From Lama guanicoe (lineage: Eukaryota), in the NCBI GenBank assembly GCA_013239625.1, contig MU057344.1, forward strand, positions 1,614,276 through 1,678,275: DNA of 64,000 nt, given 5' to 3'. Shown here piece after piece: positions 47,172 through 59,254 of the stretch. The translations under genes and the position numbers were made by a program. Position 1 is the stretch's first letter; the number at the start of each line of letters is the position of its first letter. Under the pieces are notes generated by a model. That model saw only the letters and a list, made by a program, of their open reading frames with translations. It searched no databases and was not told the origin of the DNA.

Positions 47172-50100
47172 CGTGTGTATACTTTCTTCTCCACCTCAGG
47201 GTTCTTGGCTCCCTCTTTGCCAGACAAACGCTCAGGGCCTTGAACCCCCTGCAGGCGGGGAATCTCAACAGCCGCATTTCCTCACTGCGCGTCACAAGAG
47301 GTCGGCGTGTCAGCCCCGAGCGTCGTCGGGCGGGAACCCAGGAGGGGCTCGCCCGCTCCCTGACAGAGCTGCGGCGTGAAGAGAAGCCACAGCGCCGACG
47401 GGGCGCAGTGGCGGCCGGCCCTCTCCCCGCTTTCCTTGGAAAAATGCACCTGTGAGTGAAAAATGAGGCCCCGAGCTCCGCAATTAATGCATTTACATTT
47501 TTAATACCGTGAGTGGCTGCAAACGTGGCATGATGTTTGGAGTGACGCCGGGAACTCTGACCTGTGGGTCCGGCTTTGATGTCCGTCGGGGAAGCCGGGA
47601 GGAGAGGGTTCCTCCAGGACCCGGGCAGCAAAAGCGCTTTCGGTGGCATCCAGCGTGAGCCGGGCCAGCAGCACCAGGGGTCTCGCTGCTCCCCAGGCCT
47701 CAGCCCTGTGCTCCCCACCGCCCAGCGTGACCCGGGGAGGAGGCTTGGACGTGTGGCCCCGTCGGGTGTGGAGGACAGGTGGCAGGGAGGGACAGGGAGT
47801 TAGGAGCCAGCAGGAGGTTCAGCATCTGAAGGACGAGTCGAGAGCGGCCGCTGTCTTCTTCTGACGAGCTCGGGCATTTATTCCAAAGGGTGCAGCCTCC
47901 TCCGACTCAGGAGCATTAGCCTTTGGGCAGAGGGGATGGCCTGCCTCCTGGTCCCAGGAGAGCTGAGGGGGCCTGTGGGGCAGACGGGGGAAGCCCCCCA
48001 CGGTGCGGTGGGGATGGACGCTTGCGGGCTGGCCCCTGGCTCTGGGGATGGGAGGGCTCTGAGCTCTTGTTTGATCTCCCCTCTCAATGGCCAGTTGGGA
48101 AAACTGAGGCCCAGGGGCCATATTGGCTTCCCCGACGTGGAGGCAGAGCCAAGGCTCAGCCCAGCTCAGCCGGCTCCCGTCCTGGGGGGGGCATTCCTCG
48201 GTGTCACCCCAGCCCACCCACATGGCACTAGAAGCCACGTCCAGGGGCAGGGACGTGCATTTCCCATGGCTTCCCACCGCTTCTCCGCTGAGCCTTGGGG
48301 TCCTCTGCCCACACTTGGAAGAAGAAAAGGCAGGACCAGGCGGGCTAGACTGATGGGCTTACGGCCTCTGGCCGCACAGCTGGGCGCCCCGGGCAGCCAT
48401 CGCCCCAGGCAGCAGCACACGGGCATGAGTGACGGGAGACTCTGAAGGGAGTAGCAAGGCTGTCCCTTAGAGGAGGGTGCTTCGTGCTCAAAGCCACGGC
48501 GGCCAGGTGCCATCTCTTGAGAAACCTACTTCCTCCTTCCTGGATGCAGAGCAACGCGGAGGGCACCCTCACGCCCTCTCCTGTCAGTGAGCTGAACTAC
48601 AGCCCCTCAGTAAAATGGCAAGGGGCCCAATCATACGGAATGTAAATTGGGCCGAGACAGGAGAATAAATGGCTGTCTGTTAAGGACCGGACCCTACAGG
48701 GCTCTGGGACTTGAGTACGAGGCTCTGGCCTTTGCGTGGTCCAACTCAGACACAGATGGGGTCGTGCGCGTGGTCACATGTGTGGGGGGAGTCTGCGTGC
48801 GAGGTGAGCGTGGCTCTGCAAAGCCACGGCTGGGGCTGCCTCCGGGCAGGGCTGCGGGGTGCCCGCGTTCCTGGGGCACAGGCTTGTTCCCGGGGCCCCA
48901 GGCCACTGTTAGCACCCTCTTGGAGCAGAGTCTGCTTCTGTCTGCCTTGATCCTGAGCGGGGCAGCCGTGTCCACAGGAGAACCTCACGTGGTGAGAAGC
49001 CGGCTGCCATCCCTGCAGCAGACACAGCACCGCACAGAGGGTCCCCTGCGAGGAGACCGAGATCTTAGATTCCCTCTGTCCCTCCGAAGGCTTCTCCCCA
49101 AGCTGAGGTGACTCAGGGGTCCCGGCCAGCTCACCCATGCCCCCGCTGTGACAGTAAGAACTTCCCAGCTAGCAGCCAGGCCCCCTTGAGAGGAGCTGGG
49201 CGCCGCCTGGCCCCGGGGAGGGTCCCGGTTCAGAGGGACTGTGCTGGCCACCTCCCTGCATGCCCTCTCCTGTGTCCCCTCCCCAACCAGAGTAACGAGC
49301 TACACAGGTCATTCCCCAGGCACGCTGCGCAGCTCCGTGAGCCCTCGTCACCCACCCCAGGGGCGTCTCGGGGCGTGTGGACCACACCTCGAGGTTTCAC
49401 AAAGGAAGAGGATGCGGGAAATCAGGGGAGGGGAGGGCATGAGGGTGGAAGCATGTGGAAGCCTCCTCCCCGATGCCTGCACCAGGGATCGGGGAACTCC
49501 GTGTGTGTGCACCCGTGTGTGCGTGTGCTGTGGCGTGTGCAGGGGCGAGCAGAAGTCAGGCTGGCCGTGAGCGTGACTCAGGGGTGAGCGCGGGGGTGCA
49601 TGTGAGTGTGGGGTGCATGGTTCTCTGTAAAGGCCGCGTGCTCACCAGCCTGCCTCCGGAGCTCGGAAACCAGAGGAAACAGGGCCTGGAATAAACGGTC
49701 TGTTGATTGAGTCGAGTTACATCATTTTCTTCCCCTCAAGAGCCTATAAATCTCACGCTCCTTGTAAAAACAGAATTTGAAAACAATTGTGAGTCCTGGG
49801 CCAAGGGGCTCCAGCCTCCAGCGCTCCCGGGCGGGCGCCTCCCTCGGAAGGAGAGGGGGGCCACCATGCCCGCACCCTGAGGCCCTTGCTGTCCGGGGGG
49901 TCCTTGCTCCTGTCCAGCCTCCTCCCAGACCTGGGTAGGTCCAGATGTCCCCGGCAGGCGCCCTGAGGCCACCAGCCCCACAGGCCGAGCCGCCCTCCTT
50001 TGATGGGCCAAGTGTCTTGTTACCCAGAAAACGGCCCACTAGCACCTTGTCCATTCATCCGCCTTGTTCATTCAGAACCTCCTGCTGAGGACCTGGGGAG

Positions 50101-51024
50101 AAAAAAACAGAAAATTCCACCTTATTTTTAAAGTGGGATCTTGCTGTGCTCTGGACGTCACCCTTTCCGGCTGTGGTTCGGTTACCTAGCAGTGGTTCTG
50201 TGTTTCCAACCATTCTGAGAAGCAAATCGTGTTCCGGGTGGCGGGGGGTTGATGGAGCCGTGGGTGCCGAGGGCAGGGCTGGTGCATGGGGGCTGGGCAG
50301 CCCCCGTCTCTCAGGAAATTTGGCTGTGACTCGACTGTCTGGCTCCTGGGCGCATGTGCTGGCTTTGGGGCTTCCTAGCATCACGCAGGGACCCGTCCGT
50401 GGTTGCCCGAGAGCTTCTTGTTGGAGTGCTGTATGCCTTTGGTGGGGAAATGGGGTGCAGCCATCGTCTCTTCAGCCTCGAGGTCCCGTGAAGGTCTCGC
50501 CGGGCTCAGCACTCAGGGATGTTGGGGCCCCCTCTGCGAGCAGCCCCACCCCTCACTGGCGTCAGTTGTGGGAACTCTTGAGGTGTGGGATGACAAGACA
50601 TCCGCCGCCCCCAAGACAGCTCTGAAAGTCGGGCCCCCTGGGCTTGGAAGAACTCTGGAAAAATCAGAGCGTCCCAGCTGCCGTCGGTGAGCTGCGCAGA
50701 GTCTCAAGGCTCTGACCTCCAAACTGCATGCGCAGTCAGAGCCCCGGGCTGGGAGCGGGTGGGGCAGCACCTGCTCCGCGCCTGGGAAGGCGTCTCCCTC
50801 CTGCTGTCCGGAGGGGCTTCTGTCTTAGGATCCCCCAGGGACCCAGGAGCTGGGAGGAGGGAGCTTGTGGGGACCAGGGGCCCCACCCACCACTGGTGGA
50901 TGCCTGCGAGCTCCAGGCCAGGGAGTCCCTAGGCCCCCGCGGCCAGGGCTGGAAACCAAACGTGCACAGTCATAAAAAGCCCCACGGAGGGCTCGGAGGT
51001 CCCCAGCCACCGCGTTTCCCAGCG

Positions 51025-51190
51025 GGCCTGATTGCCCTTAATCCTGAACAGTAAAACCTGTAAGGCCCCATATCCCAGGACTTGGTCAACAAAGAGGGCT
51101 TTTTCCTCGAGTATTTACAACTTCTGGTGTGGCCGGTAACAATGTGATGGCTTATGTAATGATGTCAAAGAGCCCTTTCAGATTAGGGAG
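51025..51190. promoter_or_regulatory. Candidate enhancer (D-box/SOX/K50 homeodomain)
   Basis: TTAATCC, TATTTAC, AACAATG, and TTATGTAA (51152-51159) running into TGATGTCA. Confidence 0.45.
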
Positions 51191-52561
51191 CTCCGGACGG
51201 TCCCTTGCACGCTCCGAGGGTCCCCGGGGCGGCGAGGCTGAGGGTGGGGCTGGGCAGGGGACTTCAGGACCCACCTCTTCTCAGGAAAGGAAAGAAAAGG
51301 GCCTGCGGGGAGGGGGGACAAGGAGGGGGTCACAGTCGCTCTCATCTTGGGGTGGGCGGAAGATCTGTAGCTGAAGGATGAGTCTGGAATCAGAAGCAGC
51401 AGGAGAGGGGTGGCCGCGCCTGGACACTCGGCCAGAGAAGCCAGGCCTGATGTGGACTTAGCGCAGACAGGACGGTCACCATGGCCCCAGGACCCCCCAC
51501 CCCCAGACCGCTCTACCAAGCGGGTTCAGGACACAACTTCTGCAGTAGCCCTGGGGGGGACCTAGAACCCCAAGGAAGGGCACTTGCTCTGCGGGGCTGC
51601 CCCACCCTGTACGGCTCACTCCCCCCCGAGCCCCCTCCTGCCATGTGCTCCCACACGCGTCCCGCCATCTGGCCACCACGGGCCCTCACCTTGCTTTCCC
51701 ACCCTCACAACGACCTCTGATCTCCAGAGACAAATCCACGCGGCCCCTGGGCTGGGGGTGGGGCCGTGAGATGCAAATCTGACAGGTCGTTCACTCGTTC
51801 ATTGATTCATTCCCTAGGAGGACCCTAAGGTCCTCGTCACCCGGACAGATGCCAGACAGCCTCACCCGGGCCCATGTGTCACTCCGGGGGCGTGGCCTCT
51901 CAGCCGGGCAGGCAGACCCCACCCAAGCCCTGAGGCCCGGTCAGGTCTGAATCCACGGGGCTTGACCCCTTGGATTTGCCATCACCCCGCCCCTCAGTAC
52001 TCAATCCGGCACATGACGAGACAGGGGAGCACGTGCGATGTCACCCCATGTGACACTGAGCCCAGGCCTGGCGGTCAGCGGTGCCCTGACCTGGGTCCTG
52101 GCGATGCTGAGAGACTGCCCCCACGGAGGGCCGCATGCAGGTCTGGGCCCACTGGATGCCCTCCCCAGACCCTGGTCTCTGAGCCCACCACAGACACACA
52201 CAGGGGAGCCACAGCACCCGCATCGGCCCAGGCTGGCTCCCCCGCTCCAGGTCCTGCTTCCTCTTCCCTCGAAGCAGGTTCTCCAAAGCCCAGGCCCTCT
52301 CTGAGGGACGCGGGAAGTGTCTCCCAGGGAATCCCTCTGCCTGACAGCTGCAAAGCCCCCGAGGGATGAGCAGCCTCCCCGAGCAGGACGAGGCAGGCGA
52401 GAGGATGCCGCGGGCTGGACCCCGCTCTCAGGACAGGCTCCGGTGCCCTGTGGGCACAGCTGACGGGCCAGCTCTGTCCTACTGGGTTAGCATTCTCCCT
52501 GGAGATGAAACGGGATGCTCCGGGGCGAAGGGGACAGTGGCCTGGCTGTGCCCCCAGTGAA

Positions 52562-52640
52562 GGATGCCATTTCTGAATAAGGCATATTGTGAGGTTCTGG
52601 GGGATGTGGATTTTAGGAAGACAGTATTGAATCCACTAAA
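52562..52640 (-). mobile_element. MLT1 LTR 5' fragment
   Basis: atttctgaataaggcatattgtgaggttctgggggatgtggattttaggaagacagtattgaatccacta resembles the reverse MLT1 5' end. Confidence 0.65.
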
Positions 52641-54291
52641 GAGACCATGAGCAGCCCTAGGAAGGTGGGCGCTGCCAGGGTTGGCCCGGGACTCTCTGCC
52701 CCCACCGGAGGCCCAGTGACCAAGGCTGATGGCCCGGGTGGGCCCCCCCACCTTGAGAGCAGCCCCTACATGCTGAACCCTGGGGCCACCAACATCAGCC
52801 TCCCCTGAGAGCTTGTCAGAGGAGCAGAAAGCCGGCGCCCAGGACACAGGAAGGGGGCCTAGCCGCCCACGGCGACGGTCAGGCGCGGCTCCCGCCCCCC
52901 CGCACACCGCCGGGCCGTGGCTTTCAGGCCCTCTGACAGCTGTCCCTCCCAGAGCACTCTGGCTCCTGCCCATCCCGCCCCCCACCCCCGCCCCTGGGCC
53001 AGACCGCAGGGCAGGCTGCTTGGTCTGGGGGGGGAGGACAGAGAAGGGGTGTCCTGCTCCCGCCAGGCCACGCTCGGCTCAGTGGGCCCAGAAAGTTGGC
53101 CTCTGAGCTCCCCGGGCTGCTGTGGGCCACTGCACACCGCCGCGCAGGGCAAGGGAGCCATGCAGACCGAGCTGGGGGCCTCCGAGTCCCAAGGGAAGAC
53201 GTGGCCTCAGGGCCCTGCAGGCCGGCCCTGGGATGCTCTGCAAACCTGGCATTTGGAATTTGAAATCCTTTCTGTCTACACCCTCCTTTTTCTTTCTGGA
53301 TCGTCACTCAGCAGAGTCTGGTGCAACTTCAGGGACAAAACAGCCCAAATCCACTCAGAGGAGGTGACTCCCCAGCAGGTCAGGGAAGTTGCTTCCGAGG
53401 AGAACCTGGAATCCGCGAGGCAGAAGCTCCGACCACGAGCTTCAGTTTGGGGCTCCCCAGCCACCTGTCAGCCTCACTGTCTCCATGGACATCTGTCCCC
53501 CCGGTCCCCTTGCCCCACCCCCAGAATCTCGCACCCAGGAGTCATCTTTCACCACCCCGTCCACACAGTCAGGACCAGGACACGCGGCGGGTCCCGGCAG
53601 GAATTCTGTTTATCCGGACTGTGAGTTATCTGACCTGGGCGCTGATCTGGCTGCTGATGCCGCGCGTACCAGCTCGCCCGCTCACCGCCGACACGGCCGC
53701 CGCGCGCAGACACCTGGGGCCCGAAGCCCAGCCCCATGTGGGAGGCCGCGTCGCTGGGAGGACACGTGGGGGCCTGGGGGTGGCGCCGAGGTCCCCACCC
53801 AGACGCGCTGCCTGGGCGCCATCGCCCACCTGCCAGGAGCGAAAGACAGAGAGAGGGTCAGGGCAGCCCCGTGGAGGGGTCTCAGGGCCTCGGGAGGGAG
53901 CCTTGCTTCTCGGAAGAGCCTCCCCGGCTGCCCCTCACAGCCCCGGCCTGGGCAGCACCCCCTACAGCAGGTGCCTCTCTCTCCCCACTCCCCTGAAGGA
54001 GGCGGGGAGACCCAGGGTACCCAGGGCACGGGGCCCCCTAGTCCACTGGGCAGAGAAAGCTTTTCATGAGAGAAGACAAGCTGGACCCCTCTGGGGCTCC
54101 GCGGGGCAAGGGCAGGGGCCCTGGAGCGGGGCCTTCCTCAGGAGGGCCTGCGGGCCGTCTCCGCGCCCACCTCTAAGCCTCGGGGCAGCTGGGTGGTCTG
54201 GGCGCTGACCCCATCAGTTCTGCCGAGGCTGCGAGGGGCCTCCCTGCTCGCCCCCACCCCCACCCCATTTACCGTGGGGCTGCTGCTGTGT

Positions 54292-54486
54292 CAGAGTTTC
54301 TCAACCTGGAAAATGTTAGTATCTGGGGTCACATCATCTGTTGTGGGGGGCTGTCCTATGCCATGTCAGGAATTTCCAGCATCCTTGGCCTCTACCCACC
54401 CCTCTACCCACCTCTACTGTCCCAGACAGTGCAGGGTGTCACCGTGGGGGAAGAGAGACAAAATCGCCCCTGGCTGGGAGCCCCTG
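54292..54486 (-). mobile_element. MER20 (hAT-Charlie MITE)
   Basis: gtttctcaacc...tgttgtggggggctgtcctatg...cagcatccttggcctctacccac...caaaatcgcccc, with both termini recognisable. Confidence 0.85.
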
Positions 54487-57099
54487 AGGCCTGCGTGTCA
54501 GCCCTGCCTGCCCCGGGGGCCAGCAGCATGCCTAACGTTTTCATCACTCCCCCGGCAGCAGGGGCTTCTGCGAAGACTGGTGGGAGACACGAAGAGACCC
54601 TCCTGGTTCAAAGGGCCGCAGCCGGGATGGCCCAACGGGTGCTGACGAGACATCGTGGGCGCCTGTGTCACCAGGGCCATGCCAGACACTCCAGCCCCTG
54701 CTCCGGGACAAAGAGGGTCCCAGGCAGAGATGCCTTCTTACTGGGAGTGGATGTTATCGGACCCTGGAGCCAGGCCAGGACTCTAGAGGCCCCAGAACAG
54801 GTTCACACGCTGGCTGCGTGGCCCGGAGGGCTCGCAGGCGCGTTGTCTGAGGCTCTGCGCCACGGCGTCCCTGCTGTGAAAAGACAAGGAGCACGAAGCT
54901 TCTGTTCAGACGGGGGTGGGGCGGGCAGTGGAGCAGATCATACGGCTAGGGCCCCTGGGCTGAGCCTCCACCTCACGCCTCCCTTTCTGCAGCCCCTTTC
55001 TCCAAGGTCTTGCAAGGACGCCTTCTCCCTGCACCCATTTTCTGATGGGAAAAATGGGAATGAGCATGCAGCCCCTCCACCTCGCCCCCCCATCAGCTGG
55101 CTCTCCCCCTGGGGGGCCTCCCACACTGTCCAAAGGCAAACACATTCTGTTAGAGCCAGGGGTGGGCAGGGCTTGGGCAGAGCCAACTTAAGGGGGACCC
55201 CAGGTTGGACATGGCCTGTTTGCCTGGCAGGAACCAGTGCCCTTCTGGGCGTGGCCGCAGTCTCAGGCTCTGAGGGGCCCACATCGCACAGCCTAGGGGA
55301 CCGCCCCCTGGTTCCGCCTCGCTCAGGGGCCTTGTTCTGGAACCCACTGTACTCCCGGTGGCCATGTGCTGGGAAGGGGTGGGAGCCGGCTTTGGGGCTG
55401 GACTCCAGCTGTGCGGCGAGGGAGGCGGGAGCTTGCTGGTCTGTGCGGGAGGCGGTGGGGCCCTCCTGGGCTCCGGGCTCGGCAGGGGCAGCCGGGCTGT
55501 GAGTCTGAGGGACGGGCTCTCCTTCTGCTTCTTCATCTGAGGGTTAAGCATAGAGCGCCCCCCTCGACCCACCAACCCCTTCCCCCGTGCCCCTTGCACC
55601 TCCCTGTCTGGATTTGGGCATCTGGTTTTGCAAGAGCGGTGTTAATGGCACCCTGGATGGTGAGCTGGGAGGGCGGGGACCTGCTGGCTGCACCTTCACG
55701 GAGTCGGGCAGGGAGCAGAGAGCTCGCCATTGACACTGGGGACTTGGTGTGGCTGAGGCACCGAACACACTGTCCAGAACTGTCCTGACCCCGACGTAAA
55801 GGGGAAGCCAGAGCAAGGAAGGCGCTGTGGGCTCACCAGGAGGGGTCCTCGTAGGAGCCCTGTTTGCCAGGTGCTAAGACCCAAAGAGGCCGGGGAGGTC
55901 CCAGGGATCGGGCGGCCACCAGCCAGCCCAGCCCGGCCCTGCCGGCATCTTCAAGAGGCCTGGAGAGAGGACGGGTGGGTGCTCACCGCCCGGGTGGGCC
56001 CTCGCCCCGTCCCTCTGCCAGCCCGGGGGCTGGGAGTTACTCTGGCTGTGGGAAAATAAGATCCAGGGGAAAGGGGGCGCCTCCAGTCTGTGGAGGGCCC
56101 GGAGAGGCTCCCCCTGAAGACAGGCCCCAGCCACCCCTCGTGATGGCGGCCATCCTTACTGCTCTGGCCTGGGTCCTCCGTGTCCCACCCGCACCCACCC
56201 AGCAGGCACTCCTTGGGGCCTGGGGCGGGCTGAGTCGCGTGGCTCCAGCTGGGAAGACACGCACCAGGCACTGAGCTGGGGAACCACAGAGGTTCCCGCA
56301 GGAGGAAGACTTTGGGCTCACTGTCCCTTTAAGAAGGCAAGCCGCTAGCCCGAGGCTCTGGTTCCCGTGACAAGTGACGAGGGGAGGGCCTATCCCAGAA
56401 CAACAGCTAGAATTCTCAGCCAAGAGGGGTTAAGGATGCCTTTGAGACTCTGGCCACCCACTTCACCTTGGACTTGTCAAGTCACACTGAGCGTTTAACC
56501 CTTGCCTGGCCAGAGCTGCAGACACCCGACCCTGACCGCCAGCGGGTGTGACCTTGAGCAGAGGGCACAGGTTCCACCTCTCGGAAGCCTTACCCTGGCC
56601 CGCTAGGCCTCCTCTCATCTCTTCCCCTCCCACCTCTTGCTCCCCAAGCCATCTCTCCAGCCCCAGTCGCCTTTAACTCCAAGTGTGGAGCTTCCTTTGT
56701 TTCCATCCACCCTCGTGCTGGCCGCTGTCTGATCTGGGGCCTGGACTCGGCCTTGTCCCCAGCCAGCCCTCAGCCCCACCCCCCAAGTCCCGCTTTTCCC
56801 TCCTCCCCTAGGGGACATCAGCTGGCACACGGGGCACATGAGTCCATCAGAAAACCAACCACAGGGCGAGGCGGGAGGTGGGGGGGGGCGGTTCGTGAAA
56901 CTCCTGAGGAAGTGTCAGACCCCGCAGGACCCTCAGATCTTTGGCCAGAACAGAGCCCCAGCCCTTTGCTGATGGACTGAGGAGGGAGCCGCTGAGAGCT
57001 CAGCCTCGCCCCGCGCCCGCCCCCACCCCCATCCTTCTCCCGAGACTTTCTCACCTGCGGCTCTGGGCAGAAATTAGAGCCGCCTCCTGTGCCTGCCTG

Positions 57100-57240
57100 G
57101 GGTCAGGGGTGAGGAGATAAGAGCCGGCTCTTTGTGTCCAGAGCTTGCCTTTCAGCTCACAGGAAGTGGCCTGAGTGCGGAGAATGGCGCTCAGCAGGAG
57201 CAGTCACACAGCAGCCGGTCCATCTGATAAGTGGGGACGC
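57100..57240. promoter_or_regulatory. GATA/ETS/E-box candidate enhancer
   Basis: AGATAAG (57115-57121), ACAGGAAGTG (57159-57168), CATCTGATAAG (57221-57231). Confidence 0.45.
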
Positions 57241-57439
57241 TGAACCCACCCTCCCAGGCCCCACCGCCTGCCCCGCTCCCGGCTGGAGGAGGCTGCTGTC
57301 CACCAGCCTGGAACGGCCCAGCCTGGGACCCTTCCCAGGGAGGGGCTCTCTCCCGCTGGGCCTCCACCCCCATTATCCCATGTCTCCTGATTAGTATGCT
57401 GGCCCCTTCCTCAGAGGACACGGCCTGTCAGTGGGTCCC

Positions 57440-57517
57440 CAAGCTGGGGGCTCGGCCCAAGAGGTATGCAAACACCTTTGTTGAACAAATGAACGAATGA
57501 ACGAATGAATGAACGAG
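57440..57517 (+). mobile_element. L2 3' terminus
   Basis: tttgttgaacaaatgaacgaatgaacgaatgaatgaa tail. Confidence 0.7.
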
Positions 57518-57593
57518 CAAGTGTCTCAGGCTGTTTCCAGGCTCAGCAACCCCCGAAAAGGTGGCACAAATTATGGAGGGGTGGAGGAGAGGT

Positions 57594-57621
57594 GGGGGAG
57601 TGGGGGAGGGGGGGCGAGGGG
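57594..57621 (+). other. G-quadruplex-forming motif
   Basis: G5-AGT-G5-A-G7-CGA-G4. Confidence 0.6.
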
Positions 57622-58169
57622 CCTCTACTTAAGAAGTAAGCCAAACCCTCAAGGAGAAACATGGTTGTCCAAATCCCCTAATTAGCGGGGATCCGGGTGC
57701 CGGGCCGCCGCCGGCCCCGCGGTGGGAACGGGCAGAGACGGCCTTTCTCTGTTGCCCGGTACCCCGGGCCGAGGCGCTGGCACAGGCTGGGGAGCGCCAC
57801 CCCTGGGTCCCCTGTCCTGGGCTCCGGGCGGCTCAGTTCTGGGCTAATTGGCCCTCATTAGCAGTCTCCCCTCCTCTCCGGACAGCAGCGAGTTGTCACC
57901 CCGGATCCCCTTTCGGAGGGGCTCTGGGGCTCCAGGCTTGGGGTCTTTTTTTTAACTTGACACAGGTGTCCCCAAGTCTCAAAGGATGAGGGAGGGTGGC
58001 CCCCAGAGCCGGGCAGTGGCTCAACCACATCCTTAAAAAATGAACCCTGGCCGTGCGTCTGGGCGGGCACCTCTTGGGCAGGGGACAGGCAGCCCCACCT
58101 GCTCAGGAGCCCCCGCCGCCCGGCCCCCACCGGCTCCCTGGGTCCTCATGCTGGGGTGGCCACTCGCTG

Positions 58170-58365
58170 TTGGAATATGCTTGCTTCTGATTGGGGAGGT
58201 GTGTGCACTTGGAAATTGTAATTAGATTCTGCCTCACATTGTGTACTAGTTCCCAAGAAAATCATCTATTAATTGATTCCAATTACTCTTAATTGTTTCT
58301 CATACATTTCAATTAGGCAGCCCTGTAGTTCCAGGTGGGAGCTCTGGTTAGACAAGCCATCATCA
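58170..58365. promoter_or_regulatory. AT-rich homeodomain-dense candidate enhancer
   Basis: TAATTAGATT (58219-58228), TTAATTGATT, CAATTA x2, TTAATTG, and STAT-like TTCCCAAGAA. Confidence 0.55.
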
Positions 58366-58734
58366 TGCCTCTGCTGGCGGGGCTGGGGGGAGCCCTACCC
58401 AGGCGCGCGGGCCGGTGGACTCCGCACTGCCAGCCCCTGCTCCTGTGGCCCCGGGGCCCCGAGCCAAGCGGGGAGCCCCGCCCGGCCTTCCTCTGGGGGC
58501 TTCAGAGCCCCTGGCCCCCACCTGGGCGGGGAGGGCAGCCTGGGTTTCCATGGCCCCTCCGCATCCCGGGAGGAAAACGCCCCGCAGTGGCAGGGCCACT
58601 CTCACCCAGCCTGATGAGGGTGGGGGTGGCCAGTGATAGGAAGCGCCCCGGGAGCGGGAGACACACGGGCTCCTGAGGCTGGACTTGTTTTTTCTGGTCG
58701 TTTCCCAAATCAGTCTTAAGTATCAATAATTGCT

Positions 58735-59245
58735 TTTTTGACTTGTTGTAAATTACACATAACATAAATTTACCATTTTAAGTATACAGTTTGGTGACAT
58801 CTAGTCCATTCACAGTGCAACACATCCAGCACGTTTTATCTCCCAGAAGGAGACCCTGTACCCAGGGCAGTCGCTGTGCCTCCCTCCTTCCCGCCCCTGG
58901 CGCCCGCTGATCTACTTTCTGTCTCTGAATTTCCCTCTTCCTTGTTTGTTTGTTTGTTTGCAGGGGGCAGTAACTAGGTTTATTTATTTATTTTAAATGG
59001 AGGTCCTGGGGACTGAACCGGGACCTCGTGCTTGCTAAGCACACGCGCTACCTCCTGAGCTACACCCTTCCCGCCGGACCGCATTTCGATGATCTACTCG
59101 TCTGCTGGACGTGCGGGGTGCTTCTCCCTCCTGGGTTATTGTAAACAGTGCTGCTGGGAGCAGTTGTGCTCCGTTTCTGTTTGAACACCTGCTTTCAGCT
59201 CTCTGGGATGTGTAACTCGGAGCGGAATTGCTGGGTCGCAGGGTC
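58735..59245 (-). mobile_element. L1MB-like LINE-1 3' fragment interrupted by a SINE
   Basis: acataacataaatttaccattttaagtatacag...tgatctactttctgtctct; resumes as ttattgtaaacagtgctgct...ggaattgctgggtc. Confidence 0.8.
58942..59072 (-). mobile_element. Vic-1-like SINE (camelid)
   Basis: The minus strand reads gggaagggtgtagctcaggaggtagcgcgtgtgcttagcaagcacgaggtcccggttcagtccccaggacctcc followed by aaataaataaataaacctag and (AAAC)n. Confidence 0.85.
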
Positions 59246-59254
59246 TACCTACAG

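Noticed and set aside
8283-49696. Multiple + strand AATAAA as polyadenylation sites
   Set aside because: There is no terminal exon context. Most lie within HOX/CDX-like motifs in AT islands.
49745-49794. TATAAAT followed by ATT|GTGAGT as an internal promoter and first exon
   Set aside because: It would give an exon of about 14 nt with a weak donor. An AT-rich enhancer motif is more plausible.
54288-55502. 404-aa ORF
   Set aside because: It begins inside MER20 at a non-ATG codon with no recognisable homology; such length is expected at this GC content.
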